This document shows, piece after piece, positions 18,830-27,605 of a stretch of 64,000 nt of DNA. Both the position numbers and the translations under genes were made by a program. The notes beneath the pieces were generated by a model. The model did not search any database, was not told the DNA's origin, and was given only the letters and a program-made list of their open reading frames with translations. The DNA is taken from IMG/VR virus record IMGVR_UViG_3300020202_000001, positions 160,419 to 224,418 of that record. One strand, given 5' to 3'. Position 1 is the stretch's first letter. Each line of letters starts with the position of its first letter.

Positions 18830-19477
18830 ATGAGCGACGACGCACCACGCAAGAACTGGTTCAGCGAGCGGATGAAGGGGCAGAACGCCCAAGGCCGCCT
18901 GGACCACGAGCTGTTGCAGTTCGAGGCCGAGCGGCTGAAGTGGCTGCTCCAGCGATTCGGGCTGAAGAAACGGATGCACCAGGTGATCCGCCGCTACCAC
19001 GCGGACACCGGCCGTTCGGAGCTTCGGTTCGAGGCGTTCAACGAAGTGTTCCCCACCTTCCCCTTCCTGATCGGGTGCACGAAGCTCCAGGGCGTACCGA
19101 TGCCCGGCCGCGTGTCCAAGAGCGGGCAGCAGAAGGTGACGCCGGTCGACTACCACATCTACCTCGACCCGGCCTCGACCGAGCCGGCGCGGTTCAAGAA
19201 CTTCACGAAGGTCCCGTTCGTCGGGGCCTACAAGGACTTCTACGCCGCGTCGGCCGGTCGGGCCAACGGTCGGAAGGTGGCACTGATCTTCCCGCGCAAG
19301 GGGTTCCTGCACGGGATGGTCATGCACAACGACTCCTCCGAGCAGTTCTGGACGGAGGGACTGTCGTGGGTGTACAAGGTGCCCGGGACGGAGAACCGCC
19401 TGTACGTCCAGCCCCTGTCGGCCCTCGTGGAGGCGATCTACGAGGGAGGCAGGGGGTGGCGTCCGCCCGGGGAGTAG
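18830..19477 (+). CDS. hypothetical protein
   Basis: 215-aa ORF, high GC3. Confidence 0.75.
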   Translation: MSDDAPRKNWFSERMKGQNAQGRLDHELLQFEAERLKWLLQRFGLKKRMHQVIRRYHADTGRSELRFEAFNEVFPTFPFLIGCTKLQGVPMPGRVSKSGQQKVTPVDYHIYLDPASTEPARFKNFTKVPFVGAYKDFYAASAGRANGRKVALIFPRKGFLHGMVMHNDSSEQFWTEGLSWVYKVPGTENRLYVQPLSALVEAIYEGGRGWRPPGE

Positions 19478-19500
19478 ATCTCAAAACCGGTTTTTAGATC
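19477..19500. promoter_or_regulatory. 24-bp palindrome copy
   Basis: gatctc-aaaa-ccgg-tttt-tagatc, ending 3 bp upstream of a -35 box. Confidence 0.85.
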
Positions 19501-19503
19501 CCC

Positions 19504-19532
19504 TAGACATTCCCCCTGACGGGGGATAGACT
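19504..19532 (+). promoter_or_regulatory. sigma70-type promoter for the ParB-like gene
   Basis: TAGACA-17 bp-TAGACT. Confidence 0.55.
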
Positions 19533-19590
19533 CCGGCCACGTCGCCGGAACGACTGAACACCACTCACAGAAGAAGGAGACCCCAAGACC

Positions 19591-20484
19591 ATGAGCAAGA
19601 ACGAATCCACGCTTCTCCCCGAAGAGCAGAAGCGCGCGGCGATCTACGAAGAGATGTCCCCGGCCCTCAAGAAGGTCGCGGACGACTTCCGCAAGAAGGA
19701 GGCCGTCGCCTCCAAGGGCAACCTCACCCTCCGCTACGACATGGGCGTGAAGGTGAAGCAGGTGATCGAGGAGGAGGCCGAGTACGGCGCGAACGCCGTC
19801 AAGCAGCTCGCCGCCTTCCTCGGCCGCTCGGAGACGGACCTGTACGACCTGCGGAACGTCGTGACCACCTACGACAAGGACGAGATCATCGCCCTGTCGG
19901 AGCGCGAGATGGCCAACGGCGGGCACATCACGATGGGCCACGTCATGGCCATCGTCCGCGTGAAGAAGCAGGCCGACCGGAAGAAGCTGTGGGACCGCGT
20001 GTTCGCCGAGTCCCTCACCGTGGGCCAGCTCGCCGGCGAGGTGTCGGCCGGGTACGAGAAGGCCAACAAGCGCTCGGGCGGCCGCAAGCCGTCCAAGCCG
20101 ACGAGCCCCGTGGCGGGCATCGCCCAGATCGCGGAGCGGACGCAGGAGCTGAACAACCGCTTCGAGGGCTGGGACGAGACCGTGTTCACGGCCATCGCCG
20201 ACCTCCCCCCGGACAAGATCGACAAGATCGTCCTGGAGAAGGCCGAGAAGGCCAGCGCGGAGCTGCACAAGCTGGAGGAGAACCTCACCCAGTACGTCGG
20301 CAAGTACGACAAGGGCGTCGAGCACATCCGCAAGGTCGTGGCGGCGAAGGCGAAGGAAGAGGCCGACGCCAAGGCCGAGCACAAGAAGGAAGAGAAGCAG
20401 CTCGAAGGCAAGGGCGCGAAGAAGGCAGTCGGCAAGAAGGCCGACGCGAAGGCCGGCAAGAGCCGCCGGCCCGCTGCCGCCTAA
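19591..20484 (+). CDS. ParB/Spo0J-type HTH DNA-binding protein lacking the CTPase domain
   Basis: LGRSETDLYDLRNVV and ITMGHVMAIVRV...LWDRVFAESLTVGQL resemble the Spo0J DNA-binding domain; coiled-coil and basic tail; strong RBS aaggag. Confidence 0.6.
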   Translation: MSKNESTLLPEEQKRAAIYEEMSPALKKVADDFRKKEAVASKGNLTLRYDMGVKVKQVIEEEAEYGANAVKQLAAFLGRSETDLYDLRNVVTTYDKDEIIALSEREMANGGHITMGHVMAIVRVKKQADRKKLWDRVFAESLTVGQLAGEVSAGYEKANKRSGGRKPSKPTSPVAGIAQIAERTQELNNRFEGWDETVFTAIADLPPDKIDKIVLEKAEKASAELHKLEENLTQYVGKYDKGVEHIRKVVAAKAKEEADAKAEHKKEEKQLEGKGAKKAVGKKADAKAGKSRRPAAA

Positions 20485-20525
20485 GCGCTCCCGCCTGAGA
20501 GCGGCGACGGTTGTCTGACGACGTG

Positions 20526-20578
20526 ACGCCCCGGGCGGTTTGCGGAGAGTACCGCGGCCGCCCGGGGCGTTCTCTTTG
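20526..20578 (+). terminator. probable terminator hairpin
   Basis: acgccccgggcgg/ccgcccggggcgt stem followed by tctcttt. Confidence 0.55.
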
Positions 20579-20588
20579 GGCTTTAGCT

Positions 20589-21506
20589 ATGAGTCACCCC
20601 ACGGGCGACGAGATGAACGGCTTCACCGTCTTCGTGCTCCTCTACGGGGACCACCTGGAGCTGGCCAGGCGTTCACTCGGGTCGATCGCGTACAACTGTG
20701 ACCCCGCCCTATGCCGGTCGATCAGGGTGGGCATGAACGCGGTCAGCGACCGCTCCCGGGCCGCGGCCCTGGAGCTGCTGACCACGATCGTGCCCGCCGG
20801 CGTCGAGACGCTGGTCTACGACGCCGGACCCCACAACCGGCTCAAGTACCCCATGATGCGGAAGATGTTCAACGACCCGAAGCACCGGGTCGTGACGCCG
20901 CACACCATGTGGTTCGACGACGACTCGTGCATCGACCCCGACACCGACTACACCTGGTGGCGGCGGGTCTACGACCGGATGCAGCAGGCCGACATGATCG
21001 GCAAGCTGTACACGTTCCCCGTCGCCCCCCGGCAGCGACAGGCGATCGAGGCCCAGCCCTGGTACACGGGCAAGCTGGTGCCGGGCAAGTTCACGTTCGC
21101 CACCGGCGGGTGGTGGGCGTGCCGGACGAAACACCTGCAGCGGTGGGACTACCCGTTCCGCCAGCTGACGCACAACGGGGGCGACACGGTCCTCGGGGAG
21201 CTGATGCGGCAGCAGGGGCTGTCGCTCAGAAACTTCTCGGAGGGCGTGTGGATCAACGCGGACGAACACGGCAACGCGAGCAAGGCCCCCCGAAGGGGTG
21301 AAAGTCGCAAGCCGCTCTGGTACAACTACCCGGCCGACGAGGACACCGCCGCCTACCACGCGTTCAAGATCGAGGCGGTAGACCCGAACGCGGGCGAGTG
21401 GTGGGTGGGGCGGCCGAAGTCGGAGGTCATCGGACAGGTGCAGCGGACCGTCGACCAGCTCGGCAGGCAGTACCGCAGGCGACCCCCACAGGTACCAGGA
21501 CTATGA
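20589..21506 (+). CDS. GT-A fold glycosyltransferase-like protein
   Basis: VFVLLYG, KYPMMR, WFDDDS (DxD), FATGGWW, GDTVLGE. Confidence 0.65.
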   Translation: MSHPTGDEMNGFTVFVLLYGDHLELARRSLGSIAYNCDPALCRSIRVGMNAVSDRSRAAALELLTTIVPAGVETLVYDAGPHNRLKYPMMRKMFNDPKHRVVTPHTMWFDDDSCIDPDTDYTWWRRVYDRMQQADMIGKLYTFPVAPRQRQAIEAQPWYTGKLVPGKFTFATGGWWACRTKHLQRWDYPFRQLTHNGGDTVLGELMRQQGLSLRNFSEGVWINADEHGNASKAPRRGESRKPLWYNYPADEDTAAYHAFKIEAVDPNAGEWWVGRPKSEVIGQVQRTVDQLGRQYRRRPPQVPGL

Positions 21507-21937
21507 ACTTCAACCTCCACTGGATCGACGTCAGCGAGGCACTCCAAAAGCAGGTGCAGCCCCGGGCCATCCTCGAACGCCCGCAGGTGGGCGGGAAGAA
21601 CCGGGCGGCCAACGCCGGGATCTTCGGGACGGCCCGGGTCGGCCGGCAGGGCGAGTTCTGGGTGCCGAGCAACGCGATCACCGAGCCGGCGATCAAGTGG
21701 GAGGTCACGAACCAGGGCGACCACGTCTCGATCCCGCTCAACGCGTACCGCACCCCGGAGCAGGCCAAGGGCTGGCTGGTGGCGGCGGCGATGGAGCACG
21801 GGCTCCGGGCCGGGTTCGACCTGGGCCGACGATGTCACAAGCAACCGGTCGAGATCACCCTCGTGCTCGGGCACAAGGTCGACGCGGTCGAGGAAGGTTA
21901 TCGCTTCTACCTGGGCCTCTCGGTCCAGGTCGAATGA
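21503..21937 (+). CDS. hypothetical protein
   Basis: aggact-ATG start, high GC3. Confidence 0.7.
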   Translation: MNFNLHWIDVSEALQKQVQPRAILERPQVGGKNRAANAGIFGTARVGRQGEFWVPSNAITEPAIKWEVTNQGDHVSIPLNAYRTPEQAKGWLVAAAMEHGLRAGFDLGRRCHKQPVEITLVLGHKVDAVEEGYRFYLGLSVQVE

Positions 21938-21950
21938 AGGAGTTCACGCA

Positions 21951-22538
21951 ATGGCCAAGGCAGCACAGATCGCGCAGTCCCGCAGGGCGGCCCCGGCGGC
22001 CCCCGCAGCGGCCCCGCAGAGGGCCGCCAGGCCCCCGAAGGCACCCGCACCGCCCCCGAGCCCCACGCAGCTGCTCGCGGACGCGTACGACGCCCTGCGG
22101 CTCTGCGAGGACGGCATGGCGGCGTACTCGACGCTGCAGAACATGATGGCCGGCGACAAGCCGGGGGCGCAAACGGGCGTCCCGGCCCCCCGGTTCGCTT
22201 GGGAGGCCGCCCCTCCGGGCGGGACGCCCCGGCAGATCGTGTCCAACCTCGCCAAGCTGCCGCCGGAGGACCGCCCGGCCGTGCTCGGGCCGCTCGTCAA
22301 CCTCCACTTCGACCAGATGCTGGCCGGAGCGGAGAAGGCGAAGGCCATGGTCGACCGGCTGGTGGCGATCCTGACCGCCAGCGCTCAGGCGGCGGCCCCG
22401 GCCGACGAGGAGGCGGGCGACGACCAGCCCGAGGACGACCAGCCCGTCGAGGACGGCGACGACATGGAGGCCGCCGACGAGGACCAGGACGACCAGGACG
22501 ACGACGAAGAGACCGACGACGACCAGCAAGGCGGATGA
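21951..22538 (+). CDS. hypothetical protein with acidic C-terminus
   Basis: RBS aaggag, P/A-rich N-terminus, D/E-rich tail. Confidence 0.75.
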   Translation: MAKAAQIAQSRRAAPAAPAAAPQRAARPPKAPAPPPSPTQLLADAYDALRLCEDGMAAYSTLQNMMAGDKPGAQTGVPAPRFAWEAAPPGGTPRQIVSNLAKLPPEDRPAVLGPLVNLHFDQMLAGAEKAKAMVDRLVAILTASAQAAAPADEEAGDDQPEDDQPVEDGDDMEAADEDQDDQDDDEETDDDQQGG

Positions 22539-23191
22539 CCATGAGCTTCGTGCGAAAAGAGGACGTGGAGGCGATCGTCGCGGAGGCCGACCCGCACGAC
22601 GGCTTCCGGGTGAAGGACGTGGTGGTAGGGGGCGAGCACTCCCTCCACCTCGTCTTTCGCCGGGGCGGCGTGCCGGTGGCCCCGCCGTGGCGGATCGGCG
22701 GCGGCATGAGCAAGCAGGTGTGGGCGCGAAAGGACCCCACGCCCGAGCAGATTGGCGAGAAGCGCCGGCTCATCATGCTGCTCGAAGCGGTCTGCCGCTT
22801 CATGAACACCTGCGGCGACTGGAACCAACTGGAGGACGTGCTGAGCGGGTTCAGCACGATGATCGGCGGCGACCTGCAGCTCGCGCTGTGCGGGTCGTTC
22901 CAGCTGATCGACTCGTGCGTGACCACCGAGGGCATGTACGAGCACGTCTTCTACTCGCCCGAGAGCCCGTGGGCGATCCGGTGGGCCGACGAGCAGTTCT
23001 TCGACGTCGTCTCGCTGAACGAGATCAACCGGGAGCTACAAGAACAGGAAGCGAGCGAACCAGATGTCCTCCCCGGAGGAACCGATCAAGGGTTCGGAGA
23101 GGACCTACCCCGTCAACCAGATCATCGACAACTGGAAGCGGTGGAGGGCGACGCTGGCGAAGACGTACCTGGACCAGACCCCGAGGGGTGA
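22535..23191 (+). CDS. hypothetical protein
   Basis: ATGA overlap with the upstream stop; high GC3. Confidence 0.7.
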   Translation: MTMSFVRKEDVEAIVAEADPHDGFRVKDVVVGGEHSLHLVFRRGGVPVAPPWRIGGGMSKQVWARKDPTPEQIGEKRRLIMLLEAVCRFMNTCGDWNQLEDVLSGFSTMIGGDLQLALCGSFQLIDSCVTTEGMYEHVFYSPESPWAIRWADEQFFDVVSLNEINRELQEQEASEPDVLPGGTDQGFGEDLPRQPDHRQLEAVEGDAGEDVPGPDPEG

Positions 23192-23981
23192 CACGTTCGA
23201 CATCTTCGTCAACGATCTCTACGAGCTACTGCCCAAGACGATCAACTACGACACCGTGTACGCCTCGGTCGAGGACCTGGCGGGCACCAAGCTGACCTCG
23301 GACGTGCTCCGGCAGGTGTGCTGGCGGCTGGCCGGCAACCTCGGGCGGATGGCCGAGCAGACGCCCGTGCCGACCTGGACCCGCCAGCCGTTCCCGGAGT
23401 GGGTGCCCGCGCAGATCGCGTCCGCCAAGCGGCGGCTGAGCGGCAAGGGCGACCTCGGGTACGTCTACACGATCCAGGTGCTGGCCGGGCTCTCCGCCGG
23501 CCTGAAGACGACGAAGTTCTGGACCGACAAACAGGTCCGCTACATGGCCGGCGACTTCGGGTTCGCACGCCGCCGGCCGAGCGAGCGGTCGACGCAGCTG
23601 CCCCGCAACCAGTTCCAGAGCCCGATGGAGCTGGTCACGTTACGCCTCACGCTCCTGATCGACCCCAAGCTGTGCACGCCGGCCGAGCCCGGGTTCGAGA
23701 AGACGAAGATCTCCTCGGCCAACCTGGACTGGAACCGGGAGCAGATGAAGTACCGCGACCGGTACGACCCGGGCTACCAGTGCCCGCAGGGCGTCACCCA
23801 CCAGGTGCCGTGCTGCCGGTGCCCGTTCGGGATCAGCACCTGCCGGGCGGCCGTGCACCCGACCGACTACGAGTTCGACTACTGCGAGCAATGTGGCCGC
23901 GACCGCGCCCCCTACGACACGTCCGTGTCGAAGGAGATGTGCGTCGAGTGCTACGAGCGAAAGATCCTCCAGAGGAGGTAG
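23064..23981 (+). CDS. hypothetical protein with Cys-rich (Zn-binding) C-terminus
   Basis: CP...CCRCP...C...CEQC...CVEC. Confidence 0.75.
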   Translation: MSSPEEPIKGSERTYPVNQIIDNWKRWRATLAKTYLDQTPRGDTFDIFVNDLYELLPKTINYDTVYASVEDLAGTKLTSDVLRQVCWRLAGNLGRMAEQTPVPTWTRQPFPEWVPAQIASAKRRLSGKGDLGYVYTIQVLAGLSAGLKTTKFWTDKQVRYMAGDFGFARRRPSERSTQLPRNQFQSPMELVTLRLTLLIDPKLCTPAEPGFEKTKISSANLDWNREQMKYRDRYDPGYQCPQGVTHQVPCCRCPFGISTCRAAVHPTDYEFDYCEQCGRDRAPYDTSVSKEMCVECYERKILQRR

Positions 23982-23983
23982 CG

Positions 23984-24388
23984 TTGCCGGAAGACTTGAG
24001 CTGGATGAGCCGGCCGCTGGAAGAGGGCGAGTTCGAGACGGGTTGCCACACCCACCAGGGTAACGACCTGATCCTGTTCGCCCAGACGACGAGAGAGCTG
24101 CACGACCGCCGGTACACGATCTTCGGGACCGTGTACGGCAGGCACCGCACCGAGCCCGACTTCGACTGGGTGGAGGCGCTGCGAGCACCGATCAAGGAGC
24201 TGTTCCGTGAAACGACACGCAAGTACCGCCGCGAGGTCCGGGAAGACCCCGGCGGCGACGTCTACACCTACCCCGACTTCTTCAACTGCTGCATCCGCGA
24301 CTACCTCCGGTGGATCGAGGACTACGGCCACGACGCCGGCCCAGCCCCAGCCGGACACGAGCATCCCCGACTCCGCCACGCCTGCTGA
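23984..24388 (+). CDS. hypothetical protein
   Basis: TTG start after RBS gaggagg; high GC3. Confidence 0.65.
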   Translation: MPEDLSWMSRPLEEGEFETGCHTHQGNDLILFAQTTRELHDRRYTIFGTVYGRHRTEPDFDWVEALRAPIKELFRETTRKYRREVREDPGGDVYTYPDFFNCCIRDYLRWIEDYGHDAGPAPAGHEHPRLRHAC

Positions 24389-24830
24389 GCGCCGGCGCTA
24401 CCAGGCGTACCTCCGCGAGGCCCACCCGTTCCCCGGCGTGAGCTTCCGCAAGTTCATCGACGGCGAGCGGTCGCAGGAGCCGACGCCGAAGGAGGACCCC
24501 AACGGCCCGCCGGCCCCGCTGCGGGACTGGACGAGCCTTACCGAGGACGTGAAGCTGCCGGGCGACCTGACGCCCGGGTTCATGTCCGCCCGCCCCGAGC
24601 TGATCCGCGTCCGCGAGGGCCGCACGTTCAACGAGGAGGAGACGCAGGCGGTCGTGCACGCGCTGCGGGTCCTGGTCGAGACGAACGTGCTGCTGCAGGG
24701 TCGCAGCCGGGAGATCGCCAAGCGGGTAAAGAACGTCCTCGGGGCCGTCGAGAACGTCCGGGTCACGCTCAGCAACCTCGACGACGAGGCGAACTACCGC
24801 ACGCCGCACCCGAGGACCGACGAGTCATGA
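24324..24830 (+). CDS. hypothetical protein (possible ACG start)
   Basis: GC3 bias in this frame begins at gaggact-ACG; nearest upstream canonical start is GTG 24207. Confidence 0.6.
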   Translation, partial: TATTPAQPQPDTSIPDSATPAERRRYQAYLREAHPFPGVSFRKFIDGERSQEPTPKEDPNGPPAPLRDWTSLTEDVKLPGDLTPGFMSARPELIRVREGRTFNEEETQAVVHALRVLVETNVLLQGRSREIAKRVKNVLGAVENVRVTLSNLDDEANYRTPHPRTDES

Positions 24831-25009
24831 CCTGTCCGTTCTGCCACCGCGACGTGCCGAAGGAGCAGCTGAAGTCGGGGCGGTGTCCGCACTGCGGCAC
24901 GTCCGTCCCGACCGTGCACCTCCAGCGGCGGTGGCAGCCCGTGCCGATGATCGACCACAGCCAACGACGCGGCCGCGAGGGCCGCCTCAAGCGACGAAGG
25001 GACGACTGA
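24827..25009 (+). CDS. small zinc-ribbon protein
   Basis: CPFC and CPHC motifs. Confidence 0.65.
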   Translation: MTCPFCHRDVPKEQLKSGRCPHCGTSVPTVHLQRRWQPVPMIDHSQRRGREGRLKRRRDD

Positions 25010-25010
25010 C

Positions 25011-25202
25011 GTGACGGAGCACCCCCAGCAAGGCCAGGACCGACTGGACGACATCCTGAACCACCTGGCCGAGCTGGGGGTGCCGCACGCGGCCATCCGC
25101 GTCACCCGCGACCCCGCGGGCGACCGCGTCGCCGTCGCCCCGCCCTACGACACGTCCGAGGTGAGGGTGTACCTCGCCTCCGCCTCGCAGCGGCCCAACT
25201 GA
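25011..25202 (+). CDS. small hypothetical protein
   Basis: GTG start, high GC3. Confidence 0.6.
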   Translation: MTEHPQQGQDRLDDILNHLAELGVPHAAIRVTRDPAGDRVAVAPPYDTSEVRVYLASASQRPN

Positions 25203-25207
25203 GGGCC

Positions 25208-25231
25208 GATCCAAAAACCGGTTTTGAGAAG
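25208..25231. promoter_or_regulatory. 24-bp palindrome copy fused to the thyX RBS
   Basis: gatcca-aaaa-ccgg-tttt-gagaag then gag; ATG at 25240. Confidence 0.85.
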
Positions 25232-25239
25232 GAGCGTGC

Positions 25240-26313
25240 ATGAGTTTCGTACTCCCCAAGGTCTTCCGCGTCGGCTACACGAAGGTCGACTTCGAGCAGG
25301 TGTCCGAGTACCTGCGGTACACCAAGCAGGAGCTGTTCGCCGGCGAGCTGCAGGCCGCCAAGGAGGACGGCATCAGCCCGGCCGAGGCCCTGTGCTCGAT
25401 GTTCGGCAAGATGTGCTACAAGAGCCTCGTGCTCGGGCAGAACGCGAACGTGAAGAAGGTGCGGGCCGTCCGCGAGAACCTGGCCGGCACGTTCGCCAGC
25501 GGGCACGGGTCCGTGTTCGAGCACGTCGGGTTCAACTTCATCGTCACCGACTGCAGCCGCGTGTTCACGCACGAGCTGGTGCGGCACCGCGTCGGCACGG
25601 CGTTCAGCCAGACGAGCGGCCGGTACGTCCGCCCGGTCCCGAACGAGCAGGGCGAGCTGGACATCGCGTTCGTCCACGACCCGATCCTCGACCCCGTCCG
25701 CGAGAACATCGAGAACGTCCTCTCCTACCTGGCGATGAACTACCAGGACATGGAGATCAAGCTGGGCATCGCCGACCCGGAGGTCGTGGCCAAGCGGCTC
25801 AAGCAGGTCCGCGAGGACATGGTCGGGGCGCAGGGCTCCCTCCTGGCCGAGCTGCAGGCCGAGGCGGACGAGCTGGCGGCGTACAAGGTGACCGTCGACA
25901 ACTTCGAGCTGAAGAAGAAGCTGACGTCGGCGCTGCGTCGCATCCTGCCGAACGGGCAGGCGAACGAGATCGCGTTCAGCGTGAACATCCGCACGCTCCG
26001 CCACTGCGTCCAGATCCGCACGCAGCGGTTCGCCGAGTGGGAGATCCGGGCGGTCTTCGCCCAGATCTACCAGCTCATCAAGGACAAGTTCCCCATGGTC
26101 TTCCACGGGGCCAAGGAGCGGATCGTCGACGGCCTGCCCGAGGTGTACGGCATGAAGCTCCAGCCGTACGACGTGACGGTCGAGGGCCTGCCCGACGTCG
26201 AGCTGCTGAACGAGGCCGCCTTCCGCAACTTCAAACGGCTTTCCCCCGCGACGGAGAAGCTGCTCAAGGACGGCGCGACCGCCGCCCTCAACGAGCTGCT
26301 GCCCGCCGCATAA
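25240..26313 (+). CDS. thyX: flavin-dependent thymidylate synthase
   Basis: GHGSVFEH, signature RHR-x5-SQTSGRY, NIRTLRH, WEIR. Confidence 0.92.
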   Translation: MSFVLPKVFRVGYTKVDFEQVSEYLRYTKQELFAGELQAAKEDGISPAEALCSMFGKMCYKSLVLGQNANVKKVRAVRENLAGTFASGHGSVFEHVGFNFIVTDCSRVFTHELVRHRVGTAFSQTSGRYVRPVPNEQGELDIAFVHDPILDPVRENIENVLSYLAMNYQDMEIKLGIADPEVVAKRLKQVREDMVGAQGSLLAELQAEADELAAYKVTVDNFELKKKLTSALRRILPNGQANEIAFSVNIRTLRHCVQIRTQRFAEWEIRAVFAQIYQLIKDKFPMVFHGAKERIVDGLPEVYGMKLQPYDVTVEGLPDVELLNEAAFRNFKRLSPATEKLLKDGATAALNELLPAA

Positions 26314-26383
26314 CACCTACGGCGACCGGGGCGGGCTAGGCGGCCCGCCCCGCGTCGCCCTCACATCTGCAGCGGAGGACAAC

Positions 26384-27043
26384 ATGAGTCGCGAGGCGTT
26401 CTTCTCGGAGGTGTACGCGAAGTGTCACTGGTCCGGCGGCGGGTCCGGGTCCGGCAGCTCGCCGGCGAACTCCGCCCGGTACCGCGAGCTGCTCGACCGG
26501 CTGCTGCGGGCCGTCCCGTTCGGCCTGGTCGTCGACGTCGGGTGCGGCGACTGGCGGGTGGGCGGGCTGATGAACTACCACGAGCGACCGCTCCGGTACG
26601 TCGGCCTGGAGATCGTGCCCGCCGTGTGCGCCAAGCTGGTCGAGACGCACAAGCACCGGAACGTCGAGTTCCGCCGGGCCGACGTGCTGGTCGACCCGCT
26701 GCCGCCGGTGAACCCGGTGGTCGCCTCGCTGCTCGTCGTCAAGGACGTCATGCAGCACTGGCTGCCCGAGGAGGTGCAGTCGTTCCTCCCCAAGATGGTC
26801 CCGTTCGACTACGCGCTGCTGACGAACGACGTGGCGACGCCGGGGGCGGAGAAGAGCTGGCACAGCAAGACGCGGGACCGCTACCGGCCCTGCGACGTGC
26901 GGCTGCTCGGGCTCCAGGCGGTCGAGGTCCTGTCGCAGGACTCGCCCAAGCCGAACCACCCCCGCAAGGTCACACTGCTGCTCCGGCGGGGCGGGACGGA
27001 ACCCGTGCCCGCGGAACTGGCGGCGAGGCTCGCCGTCCGCTAA
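26384..27043 (+). CDS. class I SAM-dependent methyltransferase
   Basis: SGSGS N-motif, VVDVGCGDW, KDVMQHW. Confidence 0.82.
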   Translation: MSREAFFSEVYAKCHWSGGGSGSGSSPANSARYRELLDRLLRAVPFGLVVDVGCGDWRVGGLMNYHERPLRYVGLEIVPAVCAKLVETHKHRNVEFRRADVLVDPLPPVNPVVASLLVVKDVMQHWLPEEVQSFLPKMVPFDYALLTNDVATPGAEKSWHSKTRDRYRPCDVRLLGLQAVEVLSQDSPKPNHPRKVTLLLRRGGTEPVPAELAARLAVR

Positions 27044-27095
27044 GATCTCCCCCGTTCGGGTAAACCCCTGTCATCCAACCGAAGGAGCGACCGCG

Positions 27096-27605
27096 ATGAG
27101 CATGCAGCTTCGTAACCCCAACGGCGGCGACAACCGGGCCTACGCACCCTACCGGGACGTGGCCCACAACTTCCGCTTCGTCGTCACCGAGGTGGCGGAG
27201 CGGCTGACCGACCACCGTTGGAAGGAGCTGCACGCCGTCGTGCTCCCCGAGCCCACCCCGGAGCAGCTCGGCCAGGCCTCGCAGGCGTTCATCACGTTCG
27301 TCGTGTCCGCCACGCAGGACAAGAACGAGAAGATGTACGACGCCCTGAAGCGGTCGGGCTGGTTCGACTGCCACCCCAGCGCCCAGGCGATCTACATGGC
27401 CACCCTCGGGGCGGTCATGAGCGGCATCTACTTCAACGGAGCCCGCGAGGCCACCCTCGGCGGCGAAGGCCCGTGCAGCGACGTCGCAGGCGTCGTCCGC
27501 GCGGGCCGTGAGTTCCACCAGCTGATCTCCGCCCCACGGTGGAAGCGCCCGTGGCTCAAGCTGAAGAACAAGCTGGCGAAAGCCCGCGATGCCTTTAAGC
27601 AGTAA
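27096..27605 (+). CDS. hypothetical protein
   Basis: RBS aaggag, high GC3. Confidence 0.75.
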   Translation: MSMQLRNPNGGDNRAYAPYRDVAHNFRFVVTEVAERLTDHRWKELHAVVLPEPTPEQLGQASQAFITFVVSATQDKNEKMYDALKRSGWFDCHPSAQAIYMATLGAVMSGIYFNGAREATLGGEGPCSDVAGVVRAGREFHQLISAPRWKRPWLKLKNKLAKARDAFKQ

